Below, piece after piece: positions 47,536 through 57,967 of a DNA stretch of 64,000 bases. Both the position numbers and the translations under genes were made by a program. The notes below the pieces were generated by a model, which was not told the DNA's origin, searched no databases, and saw only the letters and a list, made by a program, of their open reading frames with translations. The DNA is from a virus. Positions within the stretch are counted from its first letter, which is position 1; each line of letters opens with the position of its first letter. The stretch is taken from positions 37,226-101,225 of the IMG/VR virus record IMGVR_UViG_3300025035_000003, one strand, 5' to 3'.

Positions 47536-50500
47536 TAGGAAAACAATTTACGGATAGTGTAAACTACTTGGCTGGGCTAGACCACTCGTATGGTAAAGCG
47601 TTTAGTTTAGTAAAAAATAATATATCTATGCAGACTGGTAAGGTATACTCATGTACCGCTACACTTAATTTATATGATGATACAGATAAGTTGATACACC
47701 CTGTGGTCTTGGCAGATGACACGGTAACCCTAGCAACTATCGAGGCATTTATAGCATCTATTAAAACAACTATAGAAGCATCATACCCAACTGTAACAGT
47801 GGAAAGTTCTGCTGTTGGTGCATTACAATTAATAACTATTAAAGTTGCTGGGGCTACAGATGATACTCGCTATCTAATTAATGGGTTTACGTTAGAGATT
47901 AAAATAGATGGGTCGCAGTTGTATACTGTAGATGCAGATATACTCAACCCATACAATGTCATACCCTCATTAGTTATGAATATGGACACAATGGTCACAT
48001 CTGGTATGGCGATCACTAACAACATAGCAGATATACAGTCTGTAATTGATAATATTGATGTCGTAAACACAGTTGCACTGAATTCTATAGATGTAAATCT
48101 GGTAGCAGGGAGCATTGCTAACGTGCATGCAGTTGGCGAAAACTTACTAGACGTAGGAGTAGTAAGTAACAACATACTTGATGTAAATATAGCAGCAGAT
48201 AATATAGCTAGTATTAATACTGTAGCAAATGATTTAGCATTAGGAGTAGATAGTAATATAGTTATTACATCTACAGGTATGGATAATGTGACGATAGTAG
48301 CAACCAATATAGATGGCACTATAAGTGCAGATATACCTTTAGTGGCTAATAGGATAACTAATGGGGATTTAGATAAAGCATTAACAAACATAGACCATTA
48401 TAATGCTACTAATCTTGGGCCGTTAGCTATTGAGCCTACAATACTTACACATCCGTTGCTTAGTGTGGGAGACTACTATTTCAATACTGTGACATTGCAA
48501 GAGCACTACTACGATGGGGTTATATGGAATACTAGGCAGTATACAGATAGCGCTATAAATACGTTTACTAATAAGACTATAGATAGTATAACTAATAGCG
48601 TAGGTGCTAACCACATGTACTATAAAGTTAGAAATGAGAGTGGGAGCACTATCCCAAGAGGGACTGTTATAACAGCAACAGCTACCCAACCAGGTACTGA
48701 CTATCTAGAAGTAGAACCTATAGCAGATACAACGACTCAAATCGCGCTTGGCATTACACGTGCAGATATGCCCACTAATTCCATCGGGCTAACTACGAAC
48801 TCAGGGCTGACTGAGGATTATGTGAACACTAGTGCCTGGGCAGAAGGGACTATACTGTACCCGTCCAATGGTGGTGGACTAACAAACGTGCAACCAACTA
48901 GCGGGGCTTACCAAGCATGTGCACTAGTTATGCGTAGCCACGTAACACAAGGAAGATTGCTCATAAGATTCAGTAATCCTATATATATAGCAAGTACTAC
49001 GCAAAGTGGGTATGTTCAGCTAAACAACACACTTACTAGTACTAGTACTACCAAGGCATTAACAGCTGCTCAGGGCAAAGCACTACAGGATACTAAGGTA
49101 GATGAGAATGCACCCATAACAGCCGGAACTGCTACAAAGATTACGTATGATACTAAAGGTTTGGTAACAGTCGGAGGTATGCTAAGTGCTGAAGACCTAC
49201 CAAATATAGATGCCTCCAAAGTAACCACTGGAACGTTGGGCGTAGCACGAGGTGGTACAGGTGCAACTACTAGTACAGGAACAGGTAGTGTTGTACTGAA
49301 TACTGCTCCAACATTAGTAACCCCAAACATAGGAGTAGCTACTGGAAGCAGCTTTAACGCTATCACAGCGTTAGCCGCTACACCATCTCCTATGGATGGT
49401 GTAGCAGGTACAGGGGTAAGTACGACGGTTGCTAGACAAGACCATGTACATCCAAGTGATGTCAGTAAAGCAAATGATTCTGCGGTGGTTAAACTTACAG
49501 GTAATCAAACCAAAGCAGGTGTATTAAATCTTACGTCAAGCCCAATAGTGCCAGTACCAACACTAAACTTTCAACCTACCGTAGCACGAAGCACAGGAAT
49601 AGTAGTACGAGTGCCCGAAGATTACGAAACTATAAACCTAGCACTAAAATACTTAAGTGGCTTTAGACATCTATATGTAAAAAATGGTGTACGGTGTGAA
49701 GTAAGTCTGGCAAATGGCTATGTTATAGCAGAACAAATATTTGTGAATGGTATAGATTTATCGTACATAACTCTAACAAGTAGAAGCACAACGGGGGCAG
49801 GATACGAAAATGGAAAGCACTTAGTGGATAGAGCAGCGTTAACTACAGAGTTTAGTGTAGCAGATTATGGTATTACAAGTTACCCTGTTATAGGAGCAAA
49901 AAAAGACGGGAAAAGCCCTGTACTGAGCTTTGTTTTAGATTGTCAGGTTGTGCTAGGCAGTGAGACTGCAGCCGACCTTAAACATGGCCTCTTTGCTATA
50001 GGTGGTGGCAGCATATCTTGTACACACACGGCTGGAGCTATACAATGTTCAGGCCATGCAGCGTTTACACGAGCAGGAGGTACAATCTCAGCAGAGAATA
50101 TGACAAATAGTTCAGATAGTAGCTTTGCAGCGTACGCACAAGGAGGTACAATCTCAGCATCTACTATGACAAATAGTTCAAATAGTAGCTTTGCAGCGTA
50201 CGCACAAGAAGGTACAATCTCAGCATCTACTATGACAAATAGTTCAAATAGTAGCTTTGCAGCGTACGCACAAGAAGGTACAATCTCAGCATCTACTATG
50301 ACAAATAGTTCAAATAGTTATCATGCAGCGTATGCACAAGCAGGTACAATCTCTGCGTATGCTATGACAAATAGTTCAAATAGTTATCATGCAGCGTATG
50401 CACGAGCAGGCACAATCTCTGCGTATGTTATGACAAATAGTTCAAATACTGGCTTTGCAGCACATGCCCGAGCAGGAGGTACAATCTCAGCAGAGAATAT

Positions 50501-50732
50501 GACAAATAGTTCAAATAGTAGCTACGCAGCACATGCACGAGCAGGCACAATCTCTGCGTATGTTATGGTATGTTCAAACACCACAGCGAGTACGGTAGAA
50601 TTAGTAAGAATTTTAGCTGGAGGTATAATAACGAACGACGCTGGAGTTTGGACAAACTTAGGCACTGGTGCAAAATGCAATGTGGCGGCAGGTACAATCT
50701 CTGCCAACGGCTATATAAATAGAATAGGGTAA
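47532..50732 (+). CDS. Tail fibre/tailspike
   Basis: ASTTQSGYVQLNN..ALTAAQGK fibre motifs, ARQDHVHP, C-terminal beta-helix repeats. Confidence 0.85.
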   Translation: MIGKQFTDSVNYLAGLDHSYGKAFSLVKNNISMQTGKVYSCTATLNLYDDTDKLIHPVVLADDTVTLATIEAFIASIKTTIEASYPTVTVESSAVGALQLITIKVAGATDDTRYLINGFTLEIKIDGSQLYTVDADILNPYNVIPSLVMNMDTMVTSGMAITNNIADIQSVIDNIDVVNTVALNSIDVNLVAGSIANVHAVGENLLDVGVVSNNILDVNIAADNIASINTVANDLALGVDSNIVITSTGMDNVTIVATNIDGTISADIPLVANRITNGDLDKALTNIDHYNATNLGPLAIEPTILTHPLLSVGDYYFNTVTLQEHYYDGVIWNTRQYTDSAINTFTNKTIDSITNSVGANHMYYKVRNESGSTIPRGTVITATATQPGTDYLEVEPIADTTTQIALGITRADMPTNSIGLTTNSGLTEDYVNTSAWAEGTILYPSNGGGLTNVQPTSGAYQACALVMRSHVTQGRLLIRFSNPIYIASTTQSGYVQLNNTLTSTSTTKALTAAQGKALQDTKVDENAPITAGTATKITYDTKGLVTVGGMLSAEDLPNIDASKVTTGTLGVARGGTGATTSTGTGSVVLNTAPTLVTPNIGVATGSSFNAITALAATPSPMDGVAGTGVSTTVARQDHVHPSDVSKANDSAVVKLTGNQTKAGVLNLTSSPIVPVPTLNFQPTVARSTGIVVRVPEDYETINLALKYLSGFRHLYVKNGVRCEVSLANGYVIAEQIFVNGIDLSYITLTSRSTTGAGYENGKHLVDRAALTTEFSVADYGITSYPVIGAKKDGKSPVLSFVLDCQVVLGSETAADLKHGLFAIGGGSISCTHTAGAIQCSGHAAFTRAGGTISAENMTNSSDSSFAAYAQGGTISASTMTNSSNSSFAAYAQEGTISASTMTNSSNSSFAAYAQEGTISASTMTNSSNSYHAAYAQAGTISAYAMTNSSNSYHAAYARAGTISAYVMTNSSNTGFAAHARAGGTISAENMTNSSNSSYAAHARAGTISAYVMVCSNTTASTVELVRILAGGIITNDAGVWTNLGTGAKCNVAAGTISANGYINRIG
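50076..50567 (+). repeat. About 7.5 tandem 66-bp (22-aa) repeats in tail fibre
   Basis: xGTISAxxMTNSSNSxxAAyAq units. Confidence 0.9.
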
Positions 50733-50735
50733 AAA

Positions 50736-51185
50736 ATGATAACAATAATAAATAAACACGGTAAATATACGGGAACACAGTATGGAGAGATATCTAAAGA
50801 GGCTCTAGATTGGCACGTTAGTCAGGGAGATACTTGGATAGATTTGCCTAAGTTTGAGCTTGATTTTATAGAAGGGGAAGAGCCAGATTATGGTGCTCCA
50901 GCTGCAATAGAATTGCTTAGCATTACTTCAAGAGAGGCAAAAGCAGCCAAGCAATTAGCCCTCAACTCTATTACAGTAACTGTAAATGGTAAGGTATTTG
51001 ATGGCAGAGCTAAGGACCAAGTGAATATAATGGCAGCTATACAAGCAGCTACATTACTAAACATTACAGAAACAGAATGGGTTATGAGTGATAATGTTCC
51101 TACCTTAGTGACTTTAGATGAGCTAAAACAGGCATTAGTTCTCTCTATACAAAAAGTTGGTGAAATTGTTAAGGGTTTAGTATGA
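50736..51185 (+). CDS. DUF4376-like tail fibre-associated protein
   Basis: GKVFDG..WVMSDN..VTLDELKQAL. Confidence 0.7.
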   Translation: MITIINKHGKYTGTQYGEISKEALDWHVSQGDTWIDLPKFELDFIEGEEPDYGAPAAIELLSITSREAKAAKQLALNSITVTVNGKVFDGRAKDQVNIMAAIQAATLLNITETEWVMSDNVPTLVTLDELKQALVLSIQKVGEIVKGLV

Positions 51186-51297
51186 TAGTAGTAATTAAAG
51201 ATGCTAATGGTAAAGCAGTAAAAGAGATAAAAGTTGAATCAATTACTAATGGTATACTACGAAATTACCCAACAGGTTACACAGCTGAGGAAGTAGT

Positions 51298-51774
51298 GTG
51301 CAAGTAGTATTCTATGGGAACCATTATGGTCATTTAGGTAATAAACTGATACGTTGGTGGACTTCAAGCACTAAAGATAAGTTTAATGGTAAATGGAGAG
51401 ATTCAGTAAGTCATTGTGAAATACTATTCAGCGATGGTATGATGTTTAGTGCTAGTCAGTATGAAAATACTACTAGATTCAAGAAACATAGCATGACTGG
51501 TAAAGCTTGGATAAGATTACCTCTAAGTGTAACTAGTGAAGAGGAAATAATAGTAAGAAGCTTCTGTGAATCACAAATTGGAAAAAAGTATGACTACTTA
51601 GGGGTTTTTGGGTTTGTGTTTAAAAACGCAGACGATCCTGACAAGGAGTTCTGCTCTGAAGTAAGTACTAAAGCACTACAACAAATTGGGTTGGTAATGG
51701 ATCTGGTGCCTAGTAAAACTAGCCCAAATGCACTATATTTAGCAATAACAGAGTTAATAAGTTATACAAAATAA
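51298..51774 (+). CDS. Permuted papain-like (YaeF/YiiX NlpC/P60) enzyme
   Basis: SHCEI, GKKYDYLG, FCSE, SPNAL. Confidence 0.75.
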   Translation: MQVVFYGNHYGHLGNKLIRWWTSSTKDKFNGKWRDSVSHCEILFSDGMMFSASQYENTTRFKKHSMTGKAWIRLPLSVTSEEEIIVRSFCESQIGKKYDYLGVFGFVFKNADDPDKEFCSEVSTKALQQIGLVMDLVPSKTSPNALYLAITELISYTK

Positions 51775-51824
51775 CGAAATAATGGTACAATACGTGTACG
51801 ATAAGTTTAAGTAAGGATATTAGA

Positions 51825-52226
51825 GTGATGGATGAGCAGCAACGGTTATTATATGACCATGACAAAAAGATAGATAAACTGGAAATATCTATTGAGCAAG
51901 TAGCTAATAGTATAGACCAATTGGCAAATGGCATCAGCTCATCTAATCGAAAGGTGGAAGGTATAACAGGAATGCTTAATACACAAAATATCCTTATGGA
52001 GAGATTCTCCAATATGGATCTGTCCCTCAAAGAGTCATTTAGTGGAGTGTGCACAAGGGTAGGAAAACTAGAGACAGCTAAAGAAAAACATGAGCTAGAT
52101 GGGTGCCCGGCCGCTACCTCTGCACATAAGCGAATAAGTAGAATTGATAGTGCGTTAGGGTGGGTCAATAAATTAATTCTCCTTGCAGTGCTAGGAGCTG
52201 TGTTAAGTCTGGTGATAATCAAATGA
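51825..52226 (+). CDS. Coiled-coil protein with C-terminal TM (lysis module)
   Basis: Heptads plus terminal hydrophobic helix. Confidence 0.6.
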   Translation: MMDEQQRLLYDHDKKIDKLEISIEQVANSIDQLANGISSSNRKVEGITGMLNTQNILMERFSNMDLSLKESFSGVCTRVGKLETAKEKHELDGCPAATSAHKRISRIDSALGWVNKLILLAVLGAVLSLVIIK

Positions 52227-52423
52227 AGAAGTGGTACAAGAGTAAATTTCACTGGTTTAATATAAGCTTGGGAATAATAGGCATGGTTGAGATTAACTTA
52301 CATCTGCTGCAAAATACATTAGGGAATTACTATGGGTTTGTGCTTATGTTGATATCTGGGATTGGAATAGTCCTTCGTAATGTGACAACTACCTCAATTG
52401 AAGGAACAGGTGATGTTCGATAA
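52223..52423 (+). CDS. Putative holin
   Basis: 66 aa, two TMs, in lysis cassette. Confidence 0.6.
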   Translation: MKKWYKSKFHWFNISLGIIGMVEINLHLLQNTLGNYYGFVLMLISGIGIVLRNVTTTSIEGTGDVR

Positions 52424-52811
52424 AATACAAATAATAGCAGCAGTAGGAGTACTGCTAGTGTTCATAGTTAGTGTAGTCACTTACGAGAGTAAACTAAGCT
52501 CATTAAAATCAGAACTGTTAGAGACTACGAAAGACCTAAGTGATATGCAAGCAATCAGCAGAACTTGTGAGCGTAACTATAAAGCCCTTAACACAACCCT
52601 AAATGAAGTGAACGAGGCTAATGAGCAGTTGGGCGCTATATACAACGATATGGATGAGAAGTACAAAGCGGAAGTTTTAAAGCCACCAAAAGTACGCTAT
52701 GAAGTGCTATACAAATTTATAGAGCAGGAGGTAAAGAGTAATGAGATTGAAGCTGTTACAATTAGGATTAATAATGCTGTTAACTACATTAACAATGGGG
52801 GGATGCACTAG
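52413..52811 (+). CDS. Putative i-spanin (Rz-like)
   Basis: N-terminal TM then coiled coil; overlaps downstream lipoprotein. Confidence 0.65.
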   Translation: MFDKIQIIAAVGVLLVFIVSVVTYESKLSSLKSELLETTKDLSDMQAISRTCERNYKALNTTLNEVNEANEQLGAIYNDMDEKYKAEVLKPPKVRYEVLYKFIEQEVKSNEIEAVTIRINNAVNYINNGGMH

Positions 52812-52986
52812 CAAGCAAATTATTTATGAAGATAGAGTAGTTAAAAAGATAATAGCTACACCATGTGTCCTACCAGAAGTTAAATGCTACATAGATAGTA
52901 ATAGCACGCTAACAGAAAAGGTTGACGGGATAATGGAGTGCCTTGCAGAGCATGAATTAGTACTAAAAACATATAGGGCAAAATAA
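52741..52986 (+). CDS. Putative o-spanin (Rz1-like lipoprotein)
   Basis: Signal peptide with lipobox-like TMGGC. Confidence 0.65.
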   Translation: MRLKLLQLGLIMLLTTLTMGGCTSKQIIYEDRVVKKIIATPCVLPEVKCYIDSNSTLTEKVDGIMECLAEHELVLKTYRAK

Positions 52987-53469
52987 ATGATGTTATCTAA
53001 AAACTTCTCACTAAAATCGTTCGTAAAATCAAATACTGCTATAAGATTGGGCATAGATAATGTGCCTACATCAGCGCACATAGAAAACATGAAATACTTA
53101 TGTGCAAAGATACTACAACCAGCAAGAGATAACTTCGGAATTATAGATGTAAGTAGTGGGTACAGAAGTGTTAAGCTATGTGAAGCTATAGGTTCAGACA
53201 AAACGAGTTTTCACGCAATAGGCTGTGCTGGTGACTCTGAAATTAGGTATGAAAAAGTCAGTAATTTTGAGTACCTACTATGGGTGTATGAGCACTGTGA
53301 GTTTACTGAACTAATAGCCGAGTACTTTGATAGGAATAACAACGAAGCTGGCTGGGTACACTCTGCAATTCAAAAAGGTAGGGAGAACGAAAGAACTCTA
53401 AAGCTAAAAGATTCAAGGCACAACTACCAAATAGTAACCATAGACTATTTGAAGAAGCTATACCAATAG
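52987..53469 (+). CDS. Endolysin, peptidase M15A
   Basis: LSKNFSL, SSGYRS, SFHAIGCAGD, WVH. Confidence 0.85.
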   Translation: MMLSKNFSLKSFVKSNTAIRLGIDNVPTSAHIENMKYLCAKILQPARDNFGIIDVSSGYRSVKLCEAIGSDKTSFHAIGCAGDSEIRYEKVSNFEYLLWVYEHCEFTELIAEYFDRNNNEAGWVHSAIQKGRENERTLKLKDSRHNYQIVTIDYLKKLYQ

Positions 53470-53665
53470 CTTACTATAAACAGCGTGCCGAGGTTACTAC
53501 TGCTATTAATACCAATGAAGAAGTTAGTGCTGAAATCCTGTAAGATAAGCTGGGCTTGTATACACTAAAGGTAGTTGAAAGCAGAAGTAGGCTAAAATTT
53601 GCATAACTAATACTTAGATAGTATAGAAGATGGTATAATTATACTAGAAGTAATGTAATACCGAC

Positions 53666-55840
53666 ATGAAGACAATTGGAGATACTTATATGAGTACTAG
53701 AAAGAAGAGTGACGTATTGCAGCCTGGATGGAAAAACTGCCCTGATTACCTCAAGCTAAATGCGGATGTAGAGGCTAGTTCTGGTATACAGGATGAGATA
53801 CGATCAGACTTAGAAACATACAAGATACTAAAACAGGGTGGAAAACCTGTTAAGGTGAAACCAGGTAAAAGTGCTATACGTCCTAAGATGGTACGTAAGC
53901 ACCAGGAGTGGAAATACCCTGCACTAGAGGAACCCTTCTTAAACACACCTAATATGTTCCAAATAATGCCACGTGGTCCTAGAGACGCTGCTGCTGCACA
54001 CCAGAACTCAATGTTAATTAACTACCAGTATGAGACGTTGATTAATAAAGTAAAACTAGTTGGGGATGTAGCTAGAGTATTCGAAGATGAAGGTACTGTA
54101 ATAGTCAAGACTGGCTGGGAATCCAAGTACGAAATGAAAATGGTCACTAAGCAACGCCCGATATTTGCGTCTGCTGAGGATAGTTTACAGATAATAGATG
54201 CCGCGGTACAGTCAGGCCAAATGACACCTGAACAGGCACAGGATATGATTACTAGTGGCCAACCAATGGAAATCGGTGTAGAAGACTACGAAGAGGAAGA
54301 GGAAGTACTTACTAAGAATCAGCCTACGCATACAGTACTGGACGGCGCTAACGTAGGTATAGACCCAAACTGTGAGGGAGACTTAAACTTAGCCGGGTTC
54401 ATATGGCATGAATATGATACTAGTTGGGCAGAGCTAATTAAGAATAAGTATGAAGAGCTCCCAGATGGTTCAACTAGAGGGTACTACAAAAACATAGATG
54501 AAGCAATTGCAGCCGATTCAGATGTAGCTTACTTTGAGAATAAGTCCAAAGATTACAGTAACTTCGTATATAGTGATAAGGCTAGAAAGAAGTTCAAAGC
54601 AATCGAGTACTGGGGCTACTGGGATGTGCAAGGTGATGGTGTATTAGTTAGTATAGTTGCAGAATGGGTGGGAAGTACTCTGATTAGACTAGAAGAGAAC
54701 CCATACCCACATAAGAGACTACCATTTAGTATAGCATACTATATGCCAGTGCTGAGAAGCACTCGTGGGGAGCCAGATGCTGTACTACTGGCTGATAACC
54801 AAGAGTCAAATGGTAAGATGACTAGGGCTATGCACGACATAACTAGCACAGCGGCTACTGGGCAGGAGTTCATAGATGCTAACTTTTTTAGTACTATAGC
54901 AGATAAAAATCAGTATGAGAAAGGTAATACAGTATACTTCAATAGTCACATGGACCCTAAACGTGCTATACATAGGCGCTCAGTAGATCCAATAGACAGT
55001 TCAATACTACAAGTTATGCAGATTAACACACAAGAGGCAGAGAATCTAACAGGCACTAGGCCGTTTGGGGGTACCAATGGCGCACAGGGGCTAGGGCTAG
55101 CTAAGATGTCATTAGATGGCACAGCTAAACGTGAGCTATCTGTACTACGCAGAATGAGCACACTATTTGTGGATATGGCTAAGATGGTTATTAGCATGAA
55201 CCAAGCGTATATGGATGAAAAGCAGACTATTAGAATAACGGATACTGAGTTTGTAGAGATAGCCAGAGATGACTTACAAGGCGACTTTGACTTGCGAATT
55301 AGTATCAGTACACCTGAGAAAGATGACCAACAAGCTCAGTCATTAATGATGCTACTACAGACTAATGCTGCTAGTATGCCTCCTAAGTTGTATGCTAAGA
55401 CTATGGGTAAGATACTTAGATTACAGTATCAGCCAGACTTAGCAGAAGAATATGAGAAGTACGAACCAGAGCCAGATCCAATGCAGATTAAGATACAAGA
55501 GATGCAGTATGAGAATACTAGGCTCCAAAATGAAATGCTGAAGATGGATATGATTGCTAAACAAAGTTTAGTAGAAGAACGCACAAGCAGAATGATAGAG
55601 AATACGGAAGCTGATATTAAGAACAAACTAGCACAAGCAGAGTTAAGAGCGGCTCAAGCTGAATTAGCGTTAGCTATGGCTGAGAAAGCTAAGAGTGAGG
55701 CAGATGTACTAGATCAGAAGTTTATTGATGTAGATAGTGGCAGTGCCCGTGAGAGGGAAATTCAAGATTTAGAGTATGCTGCTACTGTTAAGAATCATCT
55801 AAAAACGGTCGGCACACGTAACCAAAAAACAAGGTGGTAA
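53666..55840 (+). CDS. Portal protein (N4 gp59-like)
   Basis: Size and position; EYWGYWD, RLEENPYP, DDLQGDFDL. Confidence 0.85.
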   Translation: MKTIGDTYMSTRKKSDVLQPGWKNCPDYLKLNADVEASSGIQDEIRSDLETYKILKQGGKPVKVKPGKSAIRPKMVRKHQEWKYPALEEPFLNTPNMFQIMPRGPRDAAAAHQNSMLINYQYETLINKVKLVGDVARVFEDEGTVIVKTGWESKYEMKMVTKQRPIFASAEDSLQIIDAAVQSGQMTPEQAQDMITSGQPMEIGVEDYEEEEEVLTKNQPTHTVLDGANVGIDPNCEGDLNLAGFIWHEYDTSWAELIKNKYEELPDGSTRGYYKNIDEAIAADSDVAYFENKSKDYSNFVYSDKARKKFKAIEYWGYWDVQGDGVLVSIVAEWVGSTLIRLEENPYPHKRLPFSIAYYMPVLRSTRGEPDAVLLADNQESNGKMTRAMHDITSTAATGQEFIDANFFSTIADKNQYEKGNTVYFNSHMDPKRAIHRRSVDPIDSSILQVMQINTQEAENLTGTRPFGGTNGAQGLGLAKMSLDGTAKRELSVLRRMSTLFVDMAKMVISMNQAYMDEKQTIRITDTEFVEIARDDLQGDFDLRISISTPEKDDQQAQSLMMLLQTNAASMPPKLYAKTMGKILRLQYQPDLAEEYEKYEPEPDPMQIKIQEMQYENTRLQNEMLKMDMIAKQSLVEERTSRMIENTEADIKNKLAQAELRAAQAELALAMAEKAKSEADVLDQKFIDVDSGSAREREIQDLEYAATVKNHLKTVGTRNQKTRW

Positions 55841-56196
55841 TTAATATGGTTGGAGATATGACAGAGCAAGGGCTAGGGCAACTTGGTGGGCAACCACAGC
55901 CTCCACAAGCAGAGTTCACAGTAGACACCGCTAATAGAAAGAATGCAGAGATAGTGGAGAGAGTTAGAACAAATAGTGGTACAGGGCTTGGGACAGTACG
56001 TCAGGTAAATGATGGCATGGTACCACCAACGGTCCAACAAGGATTAGGGCAAGTGGTCCCCACTATGCGGTCAATGAGTCTAGATCAAGATGCTATAGAG
56101 GCTGTACGTAGTGGGCAAGTTAATCCTATGGATGTTATGAATGATCCAAACATTAGTGGTGGGGCAAAAGCTACTATACAAGGGATGATGTCCTAA
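55834..56196 (+). CDS. Hypothetical protein
   Basis: ORF after portal. Confidence 0.6.
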   Translation: MVINMVGDMTEQGLGQLGGQPQPPQAEFTVDTANRKNAEIVERVRTNSGTGLGTVRQVNDGMVPPTVQQGLGQVVPTMRSMSLDQDAIEAVRSGQVNPMDVMNDPNISGGAKATIQGMMS

Positions 56197-56268
56197 TAAA
56201 GAATTAAGGTTAGCTCTAGTATAATTCTAGTATGACAGCTTAGGGTTGGATAATTAAAAGGATACGGG

Positions 56269-56658
56269 ATGAGTCAAGCAATGGATGCAACTGCAACTAA
56301 CTTCGAATCAGATACTACTATGGGGCAGTGCATTGATGCATTAGTAAAAGAAATAGAAGAGCTAGAAATTAAAGCTACGTATGCTAAAGCATTTAAAGAA
56401 TTATATGAAAATGCTAATTTCAAAATAGTTATTCTTGATGGGCTTCTAAAAGAATATGCAGCTGGTATAGCTGTTAAGCTTACAGACCCTACCATAACTG
56501 AAGAGTTAGAAACTGAAACATTAGTTGAATTGAAGTCATTACGATATCTTAGTAAATTCCTGCAGATGCAGTTAACTACAGCAGCTAATGCTGATAGACT
56601 TGTAGCAGAAAATAAACAATTACTACTTGATATACAATCAGGTAAAGAGGGTATATAA
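56269..56658 (+). CDS. N4 gp58-like protein
   Basis: NANFKIVILDG motif; position. Confidence 0.55.
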   Translation: MSQAMDATATNFESDTTMGQCIDALVKEIEELEIKATYAKAFKELYENANFKIVILDGLLKEYAAGIAVKLTDPTITEELETETLVELKSLRYLSKFLQMQLTTAANADRLVAENKQLLLDIQSGKEGI

Positions 56659-56660
56659 TA

Positions 56661-57950
56661 ATGGCAAAAACATACGATAGTGTAGCAGATGAATTAGATG
56701 CAATGATAAGAGGTAACCATGAACATGACTCCTCTGAAATTACTGAGGATTTAGATGCTAACAACGAGGACACAGATCACACTGAAAATGATGATACTGG
56801 AGCAGAAACGGATGGTGAAGCTGCCGAGCTTAGCCAGGATACTGATGAAGGTGCTGAAAATGAAGGTGAGGAAAACACTCCAGTAGATGCTGATAGTTTA
56901 GATGTGGAGGATGAAGGTACGACTAAGGAAGCCTTAACTACTACAGAAAACAGCAAAGAAACAGATACGACTGAGACCGGCTCAGCAGTAGAGACAACGG
57001 AAGCTGTTGACTACCAGAAACAGTATGCAGAGTTATTAGAGAAATCTAAAGAAGCTACTGAGTTCTATGAAAAAGTCGCTGGTGTAAAGTTCAAAGCTAA
57101 TGGTAAAGAAGTTGAGGGATTCAAAGACCCCCAAAAGATTATCCAAGCGCAGCAAATGGCATATAACTATAGTGAAAAGATGGCAGGATTCAAAGCGTAT
57201 CGTCCATACATGGGTCCGTTAAAAGACCGTGGCATGTTAGATGATCCGACAAAGTTTGATCTTGCTATGAGCTTGATAGATGGTGATAAGGAAGCATTAA
57301 AGCAGCATATGGCTAACATAGGTGTAGATCCAATGGAATTGGATATGGACTCTATTAAGTATGCGGCAGCTCCTAAAACTTCTAGTCGAGATGCCCTAGC
57401 TATAGAAGACGCATTAGATGTAGCTAAATCCTATGGAGTTGAAGATAAAATCTATACTACTGTATTAAAAGAGTGGGATGATGATAGCTTCAAAGAGTTC
57501 ATTGGTAATAGTGCTGTACAAAAAGACCTTATAATGCAGATGGCTGATGGCACCTATGATGTAGTTATGGATAAGGTGTCCTCCTTATCCGTACTCGATG
57601 ATAGGTTCGCAGGCATGAAGATGGTTGATAAGTACAGAGCCGCTATCACTGAGCTTAACCGAGAAACAGCACCTGTACAAAAAGTGGTAACTCCTCCTGT
57701 AGCAGTAGCAGCTGATACACAGGCTATTGCTGCTGCTAAAGCGGCTGAAATAGCCGCTAAAGCTGTTGAGGAGTACAAGGCCAAGGTGAATAAAAATCGA
57801 AATGAGAAGGCTAAAGCAGAGCGAGAAAAAGCAACCGCTGCTAGCAAACCTAAGAGTACTGTCACTACACCTAGTAAACACGATCCTATGGCCTTAAGTG
57901 GTAAAGAGATTGCAGATATGCTAGATAGAATGATGATGGGAAAGAAATAA
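56661..57950 (+). CDS. Scaffold-like protein (N4 gp57-like)
   Basis: Acidic N-terminus, FKANGKE, QMAYNYSEKM; precedes major capsid gene. Confidence 0.7.
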   Translation: MAKTYDSVADELDAMIRGNHEHDSSEITEDLDANNEDTDHTENDDTGAETDGEAAELSQDTDEGAENEGEENTPVDADSLDVEDEGTTKEALTTTENSKETDTTETGSAVETTEAVDYQKQYAELLEKSKEATEFYEKVAGVKFKANGKEVEGFKDPQKIIQAQQMAYNYSEKMAGFKAYRPYMGPLKDRGMLDDPTKFDLAMSLIDGDKEALKQHMANIGVDPMELDMDSIKYAAAPKTSSRDALAIEDALDVAKSYGVEDKIYTTVLKEWDDDSFKEFIGNSAVQKDLIMQMADGTYDVVMDKVSSLSVLDDRFAGMKMVDKYRAAITELNRETAPVQKVVTPPVAVAADTQAIAAAKAAEIAAKAVEEYKAKVNKNRNEKAKAEREKATAASKPKSTVTTPSKHDPMALSGKEIADMLDRMMMGKK

Positions 57951-57967
57951 TATAAAGGATCCATAAA

